This document shows, in pieces, positions 15,601 through 32,200 of a stretch of DNA of 64,000 nucleotides. Origin of the DNA: Bugula neritina (taxonomy: Eukaryota > Animalia > Bryozoa); the NCBI GenBank assembly GCA_964035545.1, contig OZ037771.1, forward strand, positions 9,862,480 to 9,926,479, in the 5' to 3' direction. The position numbers and the translations under genes are program-made. The first letter of the stretch is position 1. Every line of letters starts with the position of its first letter. Under the pieces are notes generated by a model that was given only the letters and a program-made list of their open reading frames with translations, did no database searches and was not told where the DNA came from.

Positions 15601-18600
15601 CACTGAAATATACCGCACAATACTGAATTATACTTCAACATACTGCAACATACTGAAAGACACTACAACTCACTGAAGGATAGTGCAATATACAGAAATG
15701 TACTCTAACATACTGATATTTAATGTTACACACTGAAATATACTACAACATACTGAAATACACTGCAACATACCGAAATAAGCTGCAACATTCTGCAATA
15801 TACTGAAATACACTGTAACATGATGTAGTACACTGCAACACATTGAAATATACTGCAACAAACTGAAATATACTGCAACATACTGAAATGTACTGCAACA
15901 TACTGAAATACATTGCAACATATCGAAGTATATCGTAATAAACGAACATGTACTGTAACATACTGAAACACACTGAAACAAACTGAAACATACTGAAATA
16001 TACTGAAATACACTGTAACACATTGAAAAATACTGCAACATACTGAAAGACACTTCAACTCACTGAAGTATAGTGTAATTTACGGAAATGTACTGTAACA
16101 TACTGATAGTTACTGCAACACACTGAAATATACTGCAACATACTGAAATACACTGTAACATACCGAAATAAACTGCAACATAATGCAACATACTGAATTA
16201 CACTGTAACATACTAAATTACACTGCAACATTCTGCAACATACTTCAACGTACTGAAATACACTGTAACATAATGAAATACACTGCAACATACTGCAACA
16301 TACTGAAGTACACTGTAAAATATTAAAATACACTGCAACACATTGGAATATACTGCAACACACTGAAATATACTGTAACATACTGAAACATGAGTAATAT
16401 ACTGAAAGATGCCTCAACATACTCAAATACACTGCAACACATTGAAATACACTGCAACACACTGAAATATACTGCAACACACTGAAATGTACTTCAACAT
16501 AATGAAAAACACTGCAACATATCAAAGTATGTTGTAATATACAGACATGTACTGAAACATACTGAAACATACTGAAATACACTGCAACAAGTTGGAATAT
16601 ACTGCAACATACCCAAGTATATGGTAATATAATGAAATATACTGCAACATACCGCGACATACTGAAAAACACTGTAACAAACTGAAATACGCTGCAACAC
16701 ATTGGAATATACTGCAACATACCCAAATAAATGGTAATATAATGAAATATACTGAAATACACTGTAACACATTGAAAAATACTGCAACATACTGAAACAC
16801 ACTACAACTCACTGAAGTATAGTGTAACTTACTGAAATGTACTGTAACATACTGATATTTACTGCAACACACTGAAACATACTGCAACATACTGAAATAC
16901 ACTGTTACATACTAAAATACACTGCAACATACTGAAATACACTGCAACATTCTGCAACATACTTCAACATACTGAAATACACTGTAACAAACTGAAATAC
17001 ACTGCAACACATTGGAATATACTGCAACATACCCAAATAAATGGTAACATACTGAAATATACTGAAATACATTGTAACACATTGAAAAATACTGCAACAC
17101 ACTGAAAGACACTACAACTCACTGAAGTATAGTGTAATATACGAAAATGTACTGTAACATACTGATATTTACTGCAACACACTGAAATATACTGCAACAT
17201 ACTGTATACACTGTTACATGCCAAAATAAACTGCAACATACTGAAATACACTGTAACATACTCAAATACACTGCAGCATTCTGCAACATATTGAAATATA
17301 CTGCAACACACTGAAATATACTGCAATACACTGAAATATACTGCAAAATACTGAAATATACTTCAACATACTGCAACATACTGAAAGACACTACAACTCA
17401 CAGAAGTATAGTGCAATATACAGAAATGTACTCTAACATACTGATATTTAATGTTACACACTGAAATATACTACAAAATACTGAAATACACTGTAACATA
17501 CCGAAATAAGCTGCAACATACTGCAACATACTGAAATACACTGTAACATGATGAAGTACACTGCAACACATTGAAATACACTGCAACAAACTGAAATATA
17601 CTGCAACATACTGAAATGTACTGCAACATACTGAAATACATTGCAACATATCGAAGTATATCGTAATAAACGGACATGTACTGTAACATACTGAAACACA
17701 CTGAAATATATTGGGACATACTGAAATACACTGCAACATACCGAAATAAGCTGCAACATACTGCAACATACTGAAATACACTGTAACATGATGTAGTACA
17801 CTGCAACACATTGAAATATACCGCAACAAACTGAAATATACTGCAACATACTGAAATGTACTGCAACATACTGAAATACATTGCAACATATCGAAGTATA
17901 TTGTAATAAACGGACATGTACTGTAACATACTGAAACACACTGAAACATATTGAAACATACTGAAACATACTGAAACATACTGAAATACACTGCAACATA
18001 CTACAACATACTGAAACATACTGTAACATTATGAAATACAATGCAACACATGAAATATACTGCAACAAACTGAAATATACTGCAACATACTGAAACGTGC
18101 TGCAACATACTGAAATATATTGCAATATATCGAAGTATATCGTAATATACGGACATGTACTGTAACATACTGAAACACACTGAAACATACTGAAACATAC
18201 TGAAATATACTGAAATATACTGAAATACACTGTAACACATTGAAAAATACTGCAACATACTGAAAGCCACTTCAACTCACTGAAGTATAGTGTAATATAC
18301 GGAAATGTACTGTAACATACTGATATTTACTGTAACACACTGAAATATACTGCAACATACTGAAAAACACTGTAACATACCGAAATAAACTGCAACATAA
18401 TGCAACATACTGAAATACACTGTAACATACTAAAATACACTGCAACATTCTGCAACATACTGCAACATACTGAAATATACTGTAACATGACGAAGTACAT
18501 TGCAACACATTGAAATACACTGCAACAAACTGAAATATACTGCAACATACTGAAATGTACTGCAACATACTGAAATACATTGCAACATATCGAAGTAAAT

Positions 18601-21600
18601 CGTAATAAACGGACATGTACTGTAACATACTGAAACACACTGAAACATACTGAAACATACTGAAACATACTGAAACATACTGAAATACACTGCAACATAC
18701 TGCAACATACTGAAACATACTGTAACATGATGAAATACACTGCAACACATTGAAATATACTGCAACAAACTGAAATATACTGCAACATACTGAAACGTAC
18801 TGCAACATACTGAAATTAATTGCAACATATCGAAGTATATCGTAATATACGGACATGTACTGTAACATACTGAAACACACTGAAACATACTGAAACATAC
18901 TGAAACATACTGAAACATACTGAGATACACTGCAACATACTGCAACATACTGAAAAACACTGTAACATGATGAAATACGCTGCAACGCATTGAAATATAC
19001 TGCAACAAACTGAATTATACCGCAACATACTGAAACGTGCTGCAACATACTGAAATATACTGAGATATACTGAAATACACTTTAACACATTGAAAAATAC
19101 TGCAACATACTGAAAGACACTTCAACTCACTGAAGTATAGTGTAATATACGGAAATGTACTGTAACATACTGATATTTACTGTAACACACTGAAATATAC
19201 TGCAACATACTGAAAGGCACTGTAACATACCGAAATAAACTGCAACATAACGCAACATACTGAATTACACTGTAACATACTAAAATACACTGCAACATTC
19301 TGCAACATACTTCAACGTACTGAAAGACACTGTAACATAATAAAATACACTGCAACACATTGAAATATACCGCAACAGACTGGAATATACTGCAACACAT
19401 CCAAGTACATTGTAATATACGGACATGTACTGTAACATACTGAAACAGACTGAAACATACTGAAACATACTGAAATGTACTGAAATATACTGAAGTACAC
19501 TGTAACACATTGAAAAATACTGCAACATACTGAAAGCCACTTCAACTCACTGAAGTATAGTGTAATATACGGAAATGTACTGTAACATACTGATATTTAC
19601 TGTAACACACTGAAATATACTGCAACATACTGAAATACACTGTAACATACCGAAATAAACTGCAACATAATGCAACATACTGAATTACGCTGTAACATAC
19701 TAAAATACACTGCAACATTCTGCAACATACTGCAACATACTGAAATACACTGTAACATGATGAAGTATAGTGCAATATACAGAAATGTACTCTAACATAA
19801 TGATGTTTAATGTTACACACTGAAATATACTGCAACACACTGAAATATACTGCAAAATACTGAATTATACTTCAACATACTGCAACATACTGAAAGACAC
19901 CACAACCCAGTGAAGTATAGTGCAATATACAGAAATGTACTCTAACATACTGATATTTAATGTTACACACTGAAATATACTACGACATACTGAAATACAT
20001 TGCACCATACCGAAATAAGCTGCAACATACTGCAACATACTGAAATACACTGTAACATGATGTAGTACACTGCAACACATTGAAATATACTGCAACAAAC
20101 TGAAATATACTGCAACATACTGAAATGTACTGCAACATACTGAAATACATTGCAACATATCGAAGTATATCGTAATAAACGGACATGTACTGTAACATAC
20201 TGAAACACACTGAAACATACTGAAACATACTGAAACATACTGAAACATACTGAAATACACTGCAACATACTACAACATACTGAAACATACTGTAACATTA
20301 TGAAATACACTGCAACACATTGAAATATACTGCAACAAACTGAAATATACTGCAACATACTAAAACGTACTGCAACATACTGAAATACATTGCAATATAT
20401 CGAAGTATATCGTAATATACGGACATGTACTGTAACATACTGAAACACACTGAAACATACTGAAACATACCGAAATATACTGAAATGTACTGAAATACAC
20501 TGTAACACATTGAAAAACACTGCAACATACTGAAAGACACTTCAACTCACTGAAGAATAGTGTAATATACAGAGATGTACTGTAACATACTGATATTTAC
20601 TGTAACACACTGAAATATACTGCAACATACTGAAATACACTGTAACATACCGAAATAAACTGCAACATAATGCAACATACTGAATTACACTGTAACATAC
20701 TAAAATACACTGCAACATTCTGCAACATACTTCAACGAACTGAAAGACACTGTAACATAATGAAATACACTGCAACACATTGAAATATACCGCAACAGAC
20801 TGGAATATACTGCAACACATCCAAGTACATCGTAATATACGGACATGTACTGTAACATACTGGAACATACTGAAACATACTGCAACATTCTGAAGTACAC
20901 TGTAAAATATTGAAATACACCGCAACAAACTGCAACATACTGAAGTACACTGTACATAATATTGAAAAACACTGCAACACACTGAAATATACTGCAACAC
21001 ACTGAAATATACCGCACAATACTGAATTATACTTCAACATACTGCAACATACTGAAAGACACTACAACTCACTGAAGGATAGTGCAATATACAGAAATGT
21101 ACTCTAACATACTGATATTTAATGTTACACACTGAAATATACTACAACATACTGAAATACACTGCAACATACCGAAATAAGCTGCAACATTCTGCAATAT
21201 ACTGAAATACACTGTAACATGATGTAGTACACTGCAACACATTGAAATATACTGCAACAAACTGAAATATACTGCAACATACTGAAATGTACTGCAACAT
21301 ACTGAAATACATTGCAACATATCGAAGTATATCGTAATAAACGAACATGTACTGTAACATACTGAAACACACTGAAACAAACTGAAACATACTGAAATAT
21401 ACTGAAATACACTGTAACACATTGAAAAATACTGCAACATACTGAAAGACACTTCAACTCACTGAAGTATAGTGTAATTTACGGAAATGTACTGTAACAT
21501 ACTGATAGTTACTGCAACACACTGAAATATACTGCAACATACTGAAATACACTGTAACATACCGAAATAAACTGCAACATAATGCAACATACGGAATTAC

Positions 21601-22050
21601 ACTGTAACATACTAAATTACACTGCAACATTCTGCAACATACTTCAACGTACTGAAATACACTGTAACATAATGAAATACACTGCAACATACTGCAACAT
21701 ACTGAAGTACACTGTAAAATATTAAAATACACTGCAACACATTGGAATATACTGCAACACACTGAAATATACTGTAACATACTGAAACATGAGTAATATA
21801 CTGAAAGATGCCTCAACATACTCAAATACACTGCAACACATTGAAATACACTGCAACACACTGAAATATACTGCAACACACTGAAATGTACTTCAACATA
21901 ATGAAAAACACTGCAACATATCAAAGTATGTTGTAATATACAGACATGTACTGAAACATACTGAAACATACTGAAATACACTGCAACAAGTTGGAATATA
22001 CTGCAACATACCCAAGTATATGGTAATATAATGAAATATACTGCAACATA
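9640..22050. repeat. higher-order duplication, period ~6.9 kb; second copy lacks one 1519-bp subunit
   Basis: Offsets of 6918 (10480/17398, 11354/18272, 12204/19122, 12947/19865), then 5399 (14899/20298, 15143/20542, 16055/21454). Internal 1519-bp pair 12947/14466 and 13624/15143; 6918-5399=1519. Boundaries approximate. Confidence 0.85.
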
Positions 22051-25000
22051 CCGCAACATATTGAAAAACACTGTAACAAACTGAAATACGCTGCAACACA
22101 TTGGAATATACTGCAACCTACCCAAATAAATGGTAATATACTGAAATATACTGAAATACACTGTAACACATTGAAAAATACTGCAACATACTGAAACACA
22201 CTACAACTCACTGAAGTAAAGTGTAACTTACTGAAACATACTGCAACCTACTGAAATACACTGTTACATACTAAAATACACTGCAACATACTAAAATACA
22301 CTGCAACATTCTGCAACATTCTGCAACATACTTCAACATACTGAAATACACTGTAACAAACTGAAATACGCTGCAACACATTGGAATATACTGCAACATA
22401 TCCCAATAAATGGTAATATACTGAAATATATTGAAATACACTGTAACACATTGAAAAATACTGCAACATACTGAAACACACTACAACTCACTGAAGTATA
22501 GTGTAACTTACTGAAATGTACTGTAAAATACTGATATTTACTGCAACACACTGAAACATACTGCAACATACTGAAATACACTGTTACATACTAAAATACA
22601 CTGCAACATACTAAAATACACTGCAACAATCTGCAACATTCTGCAACATACTTCAACATACTGAAATACACTGTAACAAACTGAAACACGCTGCAACACA
22701 TTGGAATATACTGCAAAATACCCAAATAAATGGTAACATACTGAAATATACTGCAACACATTGAAATATACCGCAACAGACTGGAATATACTGCAACACA
22801 TCCAAGTACATTGTAATATACGGACATGTACTGTAACATACTGAAACACACTGAAACATACTGAAACATACTGAAATGTACTGAAATATACTGAAGTACA
22901 CTGTAACACATTGAAAAATACTGCAACATACTGAAAGCCACTTCAACTCACTGAAGTATAGTGTAATATACGGAAATGTACTGTAACATACTGATATTTA
23001 CTGTAACACACTGAAATATACTGCAACATACTGAAATACACTGTAACATACCGAAATAAACTGCAACATAATGCAACATACTGAATTACGCTGTAACATA
23101 CTAAAATACACTGCAACATTCTGCAACATACTGCAACATACTGAAATACACTGTAACATGATGAAGTATAGTGCAATATACAGAAATGTACTCTAACATA
23201 ATGATGTTTAATGTTACACACTGAAATATACTGCAACACACTGAAATATACTGCAAAATACTGAATTATACTTCAACATACTGCAACATACTGAAAGACA
23301 CCACAACCCAGTGAAGTATAGTGCAATATACAGAAATGTACTCTAACATACTGATATTTAATGTTACATACTGAAATATACTACGACATACTGAAATACA
23401 TTGCACCATACCGAAATAAGCTGCAACATACTGCAACATACTGAAATACACTGTAACATGATGTAGTACACTGCAACACATTGAAATATACTGCAACAAA
23501 CTGAAATATACTGCAACATACTGAAATGTACTGCAACATACTGAAATACATTGCAACATATCGAAGTATATCGTAATAAACGGACATGTACTGTAACATA
23601 CTGAAACACACTGAAACATACTGAAACATACTGAAACATACTGAAACATACTGAAATACACTGCAACATACTACAACATACTGAAACATACTGTAACATT
23701 ATGAAATACACTGCAACACATTGAAATATACTGCAACAAACTGAAATATACTGCAACATACTAAAACGTACTGCAACATACTGAAATACATTGCAATATA
23801 TCGAAGTATATCGTAATATACGGACATGTACTGTAACATACTGAAACACACTGAAACATACTGAAACATACTGAAATATACTGAAATATACTGAAATACA
23901 CTGTAACACATTGAAAAATACTGCAACATACTGAAAGACACTTCAACTCACTGAAGAATAGTGTAATATAGAGAAATGTACTGTAACATACTGATATTTA
24001 CTGTAACACACTGAAATATACTGCAACATACTGAAATACACTGTAACATACCGAAATAAACTGCAACATAATGCAACATACTGAATTACACTGTAACATA
24101 CTAAAATACACTGCAACATTCTGCAACATACTTCAACGAACTGAAAGACACTGTAACATAATGAAATACACTGCAACACATTGAAATATACCGCAACAGA
24201 CTGGAATATACTGCAACACATCCAAGTACATCGTAATATACGGACATGTACTGTAACATACTGGAACATACTGAAACATACTGCAACATTCTGAAGTACA
24301 CTGTACATATTGAAAAACACTGCAACACACTGAAATATACTGCAACACACTGAAATATACCGCACAATACTGAATTATACTTCAACATACTGCAACATAC
24401 TGAAAGACACTACAACTCACTGAAGTATAGTGCAATATACAGAAATGTACTCTAACATACTGATATTTAATGTTACACACTGAAATATACTACAACATAC
24501 TGAAATACACTGCAACATACCGAAATAAACTGCAACATAATGCAACATACTGAATTACGCTGTAACATACTAAAATACACTGCAACATTCTGCAACATAC
24601 TGCAACATACTGAAATACACTGTAACATGATGAAGTATAGTGCAATATATAGAAATGTACTCTAACATAATGATATTTAATGTTACACACTGAAATATAC
24701 TGCAACACACTGAAATATACTGCAAAATACTGAATTATACTTCAACATACTGCAACATACTGAAAGACACCACAACCCACTGAAGTATAGTGCAATATAC
24801 AGAAATGTACTCTAACATACTGATATTTAATGTTACACACTGAAATATACTACAACATACTGAAATACACTGCAACATACCGAAATTAGCTGCAACATAC
24901 TGCAACATACTGAAATACACTGTAACATGATGTAGTACACTGCAACACATTGAAATATACTGCAACAAACTGAAATATACTGCAGCATACTGAAATGTAC

Positions 25001-28000
25001 TGCAACATACTGAAATACATTGCAACATATCGAAGTATATCGTAATAAACGGACATGTACTGTAACATACTGAAACACACTGAAACATGCTGAAACATAC
25101 TGAAACATACTGAAACATACTGAAATACACTGCAACATACTACAACATACTGAAACATACTGTAACATTATGAAATACACTGCAACACATTGAAATATAC
25201 TGCAACAAACTGAAATATACTGCAACATACTAAAACGTACTGCAACATACTGAAATACATTGCAATATATCGAAGTATATCGTAATATACGGACATGTAC
25301 TGTAACATACTGAAACACACTGAAACATACTGAAACATACCGAAATATACTGAAATGTACTGAAATACACTGTAACACATTGAAAAACACTGCAACATAC
25401 TGAAAGACACTTCAACTCACTGAAGAATAGTGTAATATACAGAGATGTACTGTAACATACTGATATTTACTGTAACACACTGAAATATACTGCAACATAC
25501 TGAAATACACTGTAACATACCGAAATAAACTGCAACATAATGCAACATACTGAATTACACTGTAACATTCTGCAACATACTTCAACGAACTGAAAGACAC
25601 TGTAACATAATGAAATACACTGCAACACATTGAAATATACCGCAACAGACTGGAATATACTGCAACACATCCAAGTACATCGTAATATACGGACATGTAC
25701 TGTAACATACTGGAACATACTGAAACATACTGCAACATTCTGAAGTACACTGTAAAATATTGAAATACACCGCAACAAACTGCAACATACTGAAGTACAC
25801 TGTACATATTGAAAAACACTGCAACACACTGAAATATACTGCAACACACTGAAATATACCGCACAATACTGAATTATACTTCAACATACTGCAACATACT
25901 GAAAGACACTACAACTCACTGAAGGATAGTGCAATATACAGAAATGTACTCTAACATACTGATATTTAATGTTACACACTAAAATATACTACAACATACT
26001 GAAATACACTGCAACATACCGAAATAAGCTGCAACATTCTGCAATATACTGAAATACACTGTAACATGATGTAGTACACTGCAACACATTGAAATATACT
26101 GCAACAAACTGAAATATACTGCAACATACTGAAATGTACTGCAACATACTGAAATACATTGCAACATATCGAAGTATATCGTAATAAACGAACATGTACT
26201 GTAACATACTGAAACACACTGAAACAAACTGAAACATACTGAAATATACTGAAATACACTGTAACACATTGAAAAATACTGCAACATACTGAAAGAGACT
26301 TCAACTCACTGAAGTATAGTGTAATTTACGGAAATGTACTGTAACATACTGATAGTTACTGCAACACACTGAAATATACTGCAACATACTGAAATACACT
26401 GTAACATACCGAAATAAACTGCAACATAATGCAACATACTGAATTACACTGTAACATACTAAATTACACTGCAACATTCTGCAACATACTTCAACGTACT
26501 GAAATACACTGTAACATAATGAAATACACTGCAACATACTGCAACATACTGAAGTACACTGTAAAATATTAAAATACACTGCAACACATTGGAATATACT
26601 GCAACACACTGAAATATACTGTAACATACTGAAACATGAGTAATATACTGAAAGATGCCTCAACATACTCAAATACACTGCAACACATTGAAATACACTG
26701 CAACACACTGAAATATACTGCAACACACTGAAATGTACTTCAACATAATGAAAAACACTGCAACATATCAAAGTATGTTGTAATATACAGACATGTACTG
26801 AAACATACTGAAACATACTGAAATACACTGCAACAAGTTGGAATATACTGCAACATACCCAAGTATATGGTAATATAATGAAATATACTGCAACATACCG
26901 CAACATATTGAAAAACACTGTAACAAACTGAAATACGCTGCAACACATTGGAATATACTGCAACCTACCCAAATAAATGGTAATATACTGAAATATACTG
27001 AAATACACTGTAACACATTGAAAAATACTGCAACATACTGAAACACACTACAACTCACTGAAGTAAAGTGTAACTTACTGAAACATACTGCAACATACTG
27101 AAATACACTGTTACATACTAAAATACACTGCAACATACTAAAATACACTGCAACATTCTGCAACATTCTGCAACATACTTCAACATACTGAAATACACTG
27201 TAACAAACTGAAATACGCTGCAACACATTGGAATATACTGCAACATATCCCAATAAATGGTAATATACTGAAATATATTGAAATACACTGTAACACATTG
27301 AAAAATACTGCAACATACTGAAACACACTACAACTCACTGAAGTATAGTGTAACTTACTGAAATGTACTGTAAAATACTGATATTTACTGCAACACACTG
27401 AAACATACTGCAACATACTGAAATACACTGTTACATACTAAAATACACTGCAACATACTAAAATACACTGCAACAATCTGCAACATTCTGCAACATACTT
27501 CAACATACTGAAATACACTGTAACAAACTGAAACACGCTGCAACACATTGGAATATACTGCAAAATACCCAAATAAATGGTAACATACTGAAATATACTG
27601 AAATACAATGTAACACATTGAAAAATACTGCAACACACTGAAAGACACTACAACTCACTGAAGTATAGTGTAATATACAAAAACGTACTGTAACATACTG
27701 ATATTTACTGCAACACACTGAAATATACTGCAACATACTGAAATACACTGTTACATGCCAAAATAAACTGCAACATACTGCAACATACTGCAACATACTG
27801 AAATACACTGTAACATACTCAAATACACTGCAACATTCTGCAACATATTGGAATATACTGCAACACACTGAAATATACTGCAACACATCCAAGTAGACTG
27901 TAATATACGGACATGTACTGTAACATACTGAAACAAAATGAAATATACTGTAACACTCTGAGTAATACTGCAAAATGCTGAAATATACTGTAACACAGTG

Positions 28001-29254
28001 AAGTATACTGCAAAATTCTGAAACATACTGCAACATAGTAAAACATGGGCAATATACTGAAAAATGCCTCAGCATACTCAAATATACTGCAAGATGCTGC
28101 AACATACGTAAATACACTGTAACATACTGAAATACACTGCAACATACTGCAGCATACTGAAGTACACTGTAAAATATTGAAATACACTGCAACACATTGG
28201 AATATACTGCAACAAACTGAAATATACTGCAACATACTAAAACGTACTGCAACATACTGAAATACATTGCAACATATCGAAGTATATCGTAATATACGGA
28301 CATGTACTGAAACATACTGAAACATACTGAAACATACTGAGATACACTGGAACATACTGCAACATACTGAAATACACTGCAACACATTGAAATATACTAC
28401 AACAAACTGAAATATACTGCAACATACTGCAACATAATGCAACATACTGAAATACACTGTAACATGATGAAGTATAGTGCAATATACAGAAATGTACTCT
28501 AACATAATGATGTTTAATGTTACACACTGAAATATACTGCAACACACTGAAATATACTGCAAAATACTGAATTATACTTCAACATACTGCAACATACTGA
28601 AAGACACCACAACCCACTGAAGTATAGTGCAATATACAGAAATGTACTCTAACATACTGATATTTAATGTTACACACTGAAATATACTACGACATACTGA
28701 AATACACTGCAACATACCGAAATTAGCTGCAACATACTGCAACATACTGAAATACACTGTAACATGATGTAGTACACTGCAACACATTGAAATATACTGC
28801 AACAAACTGAAATACACTGTAACATACTGAAATACACTGCAACATACTGCAGCATACTGAAGTACACTGTAACATACTGTAACTTACTGAAATACACTGC
28901 AACAAACTGTAACATACTGAAACACACTGAAACATACTGAAACATACTGAAACATACTGTAACATACTGAAACACACTGAAACATACTGAAACATACTGA
29001 GACATACTGAAATACACTGCAACATACTGAAACATACTGAAACATACTGAAATATACTGAAATATACTGAAATACACTGTAACACATTGAAAAATACTGC
29101 GACATACTGAAAGACACTTCAACTCACTGAAGTATAGTGTAATATACGGAAATGTACTGTAACGTACTGATATTTACTGTAACACACTGAAATGTACTGC
29201 AACATACTGAAATACACTGTAACATACCGAAATAAACTGCAACATAATGCAACA

Positions 29255-32200
29255 TACTGAATTACACTGTAACATACTAAAATACACTGCAACATTCTGC
29301 AACATACTTCAACGTACTGAAAGACACTGTAACATAATGAAATACACTGCAACACATTGAAATATACCGCAACAGACTGGAATATACTGCAACATACTGA
29401 AATGTACTGCAACATACTGAAATACATTGCAACATATCGAAGTATATCGTAATAAACGGACATGTACTGTAACATACTGAAACACACTGAAACATACTGA
29501 AACATACTGAAACATACTGAAACATACTGAAATACACTGCAACATACTACAACATACTGAAACATACTGTAACATTATGAAATACACTGCAACACATTGA
29601 AATATACTGCAACAAACTGAAATATACTGCAACATACTAAAACGTACTGCAACATACTGAAATACATTGAAATATATCGAAGTATATCGTAATATACGGA
29701 CATGTACTGTAACGTACTGAAACACACTGAAACATACTGAAACATACCGAAATATACTGAAATGTACTGAAATACACTGTAACACATTGAAAAACACTGC
29801 AACATACTGAAAGACACTTCAACTCATTGAAGAATAGTGTAATATACAGAGATGTACTGTAACATACTGATATTTACTGTAACACACTGAAATATACTGC
29901 AACATACTGAAATACACTGTAACATACCGAAATAAACTGCAACATAATGCAACATACTGAATTACACTGTAACATACTAAAATACACTGCAACATTCTGC
30001 AACATACTTCAACGAACTGAAAGACACTGTAACATAATGAAATACACTGCAACACATTGAAATATACCGCAACAGACTGGAATATACTGCAACACATCCA
30101 AGTACATCGTAATATACGGACATGTACTGTAACATACTGGAACATACTGAAACATACTGCAACATTCTGAAGTACACTGTAAAATATTGAAATACACTGC
30201 AACAAACTGCAACATACTGAAGTACACTGTACATATTGAAAAACACTGCAACACACTGAAATATACTGCAACACACTGAAATATACCGCACAATACTGAA
30301 TTATACTTCAACATACTGCAACATACTGAAAGACACTACAACTCACTGAAGGATAGTGCAATATACAGAAATGTACTCTAACATACTGATATTTAATGTT
30401 ACACACTGAAATATACTACAACATACTGAAATACACTACAACATACCGAAATAAGCTGCAACATTCTGCAATATACTGAAATACACTGTAACATGATGTA
30501 GTACACTGCAACACATTGAAATATACTGCAACAAACTGAAATATACTGCAACATTCTGAAATGTACTGCAACATACTGAAATACATTGCAACATATCGAA
30601 GTATATCGTAATAAACGAACATGTACTGTAACATACTGAAACACACTGAAACAAACTGAAACATACTGAAATATACTGAAATACACTGTAACACATTGAA
30701 AAATACTGCAACATACTGAAAGACACTTCAACTCACTGAAGTATAGTGTAATTTACGGAAATGTACTGTAACATACTGATAGTTACTGCAACACACTGAA
30801 ATATACTGCAACATACTGAAATACACTGTAACATACCGAAATAAACTGCAACATAATGCAACATACTGAATTACACTGTAACATACTAAATTACACTGCA
30901 ACATTCTGCAACATACTTCAACGTACTGAAATACACTGTAACATAATGAAATACACTGCAACATACTGCAACATACTGAAGTACACTGTAAAATATTAAA
31001 ATACACTGCAACACATTGGAATATACTGCAACACACTGAAATATACTGTAACATACTGAAACATGAGTAATATACTGAAAGATGCCTCAACATACTCAAA
31101 TACACTGCAACACATTGAAATACACTGCAACACACTGAAATATACTGCAACACACTGAAATGTACTTCAACATAATGAAAAACACTGCAACATATCAAAG
31201 TATGTTGTAATATACAGACATGTACTGAAACATACTGAAACATACTGAAATACACTGCAACAAGTTGGAATATACTGCAACATACCCAAGTATATGGTAA
31301 TATAATGAAATATACTGCAACATACCGCAACATACTGAAAAACACTGTAACAAACTGAAATACGCTGCAACACATTGGAATATACTGCAACATACCCAAA
31401 TAAATGGTAATATACTGAAATATACTGAAATACACTGTAACACATTGAAAAATACTGCAACATACTGAAACACACTACAACTCACTGAAGTATAGTGTAA
31501 CTTACTGAAACATACTGCAACATACTGAAATACACTGTTACATACTAAAATACACTGCAACATACTAAAATACGCTGCAACATTCTGCAACATTCTGCAA
31601 CATACTTCAACATACTGAAATACACTGTAACAAACTGAAATACGCTGCAACACATTGGAATATACTGCAACATATCCCAATATATGGTAATATACTGAAA
31701 TATATTGAAATACACTGTAACACATTGAAAAATACTGCAACATACTGAAACACACTACAACTCACTGAAGTATAGTGTAACTTACTGAAATGTACGGTAA
31801 AATACTGATATTTACTGCAACACACTGAAACATACTGCAACATACTGAAATACACTGTTACATACTAAAATACACTGCAACATACTAAAATACACTGCAA
31901 CAATCTGCAACATTCTGCAACATACTTCAACATACTGAAATACACTGTAACAAACTGAAACACGCTGCAACACATTGGAATATACTGCAACATACCCAAA
32001 TAAATGGTAACATACTGAAATATACTGAAATACAATGTAACACATTGAAAAATACTGCAACACACTGAAAGACACTACAACTCACTGAAGTATAGTGTAA
32101 TATACAAAAACGTACTGTAACATACTGATATTTACTGCAACACACTGAAATATACTGCAACATACTGAAATACACTGTTACATGCCAAAATAAACTGCAA

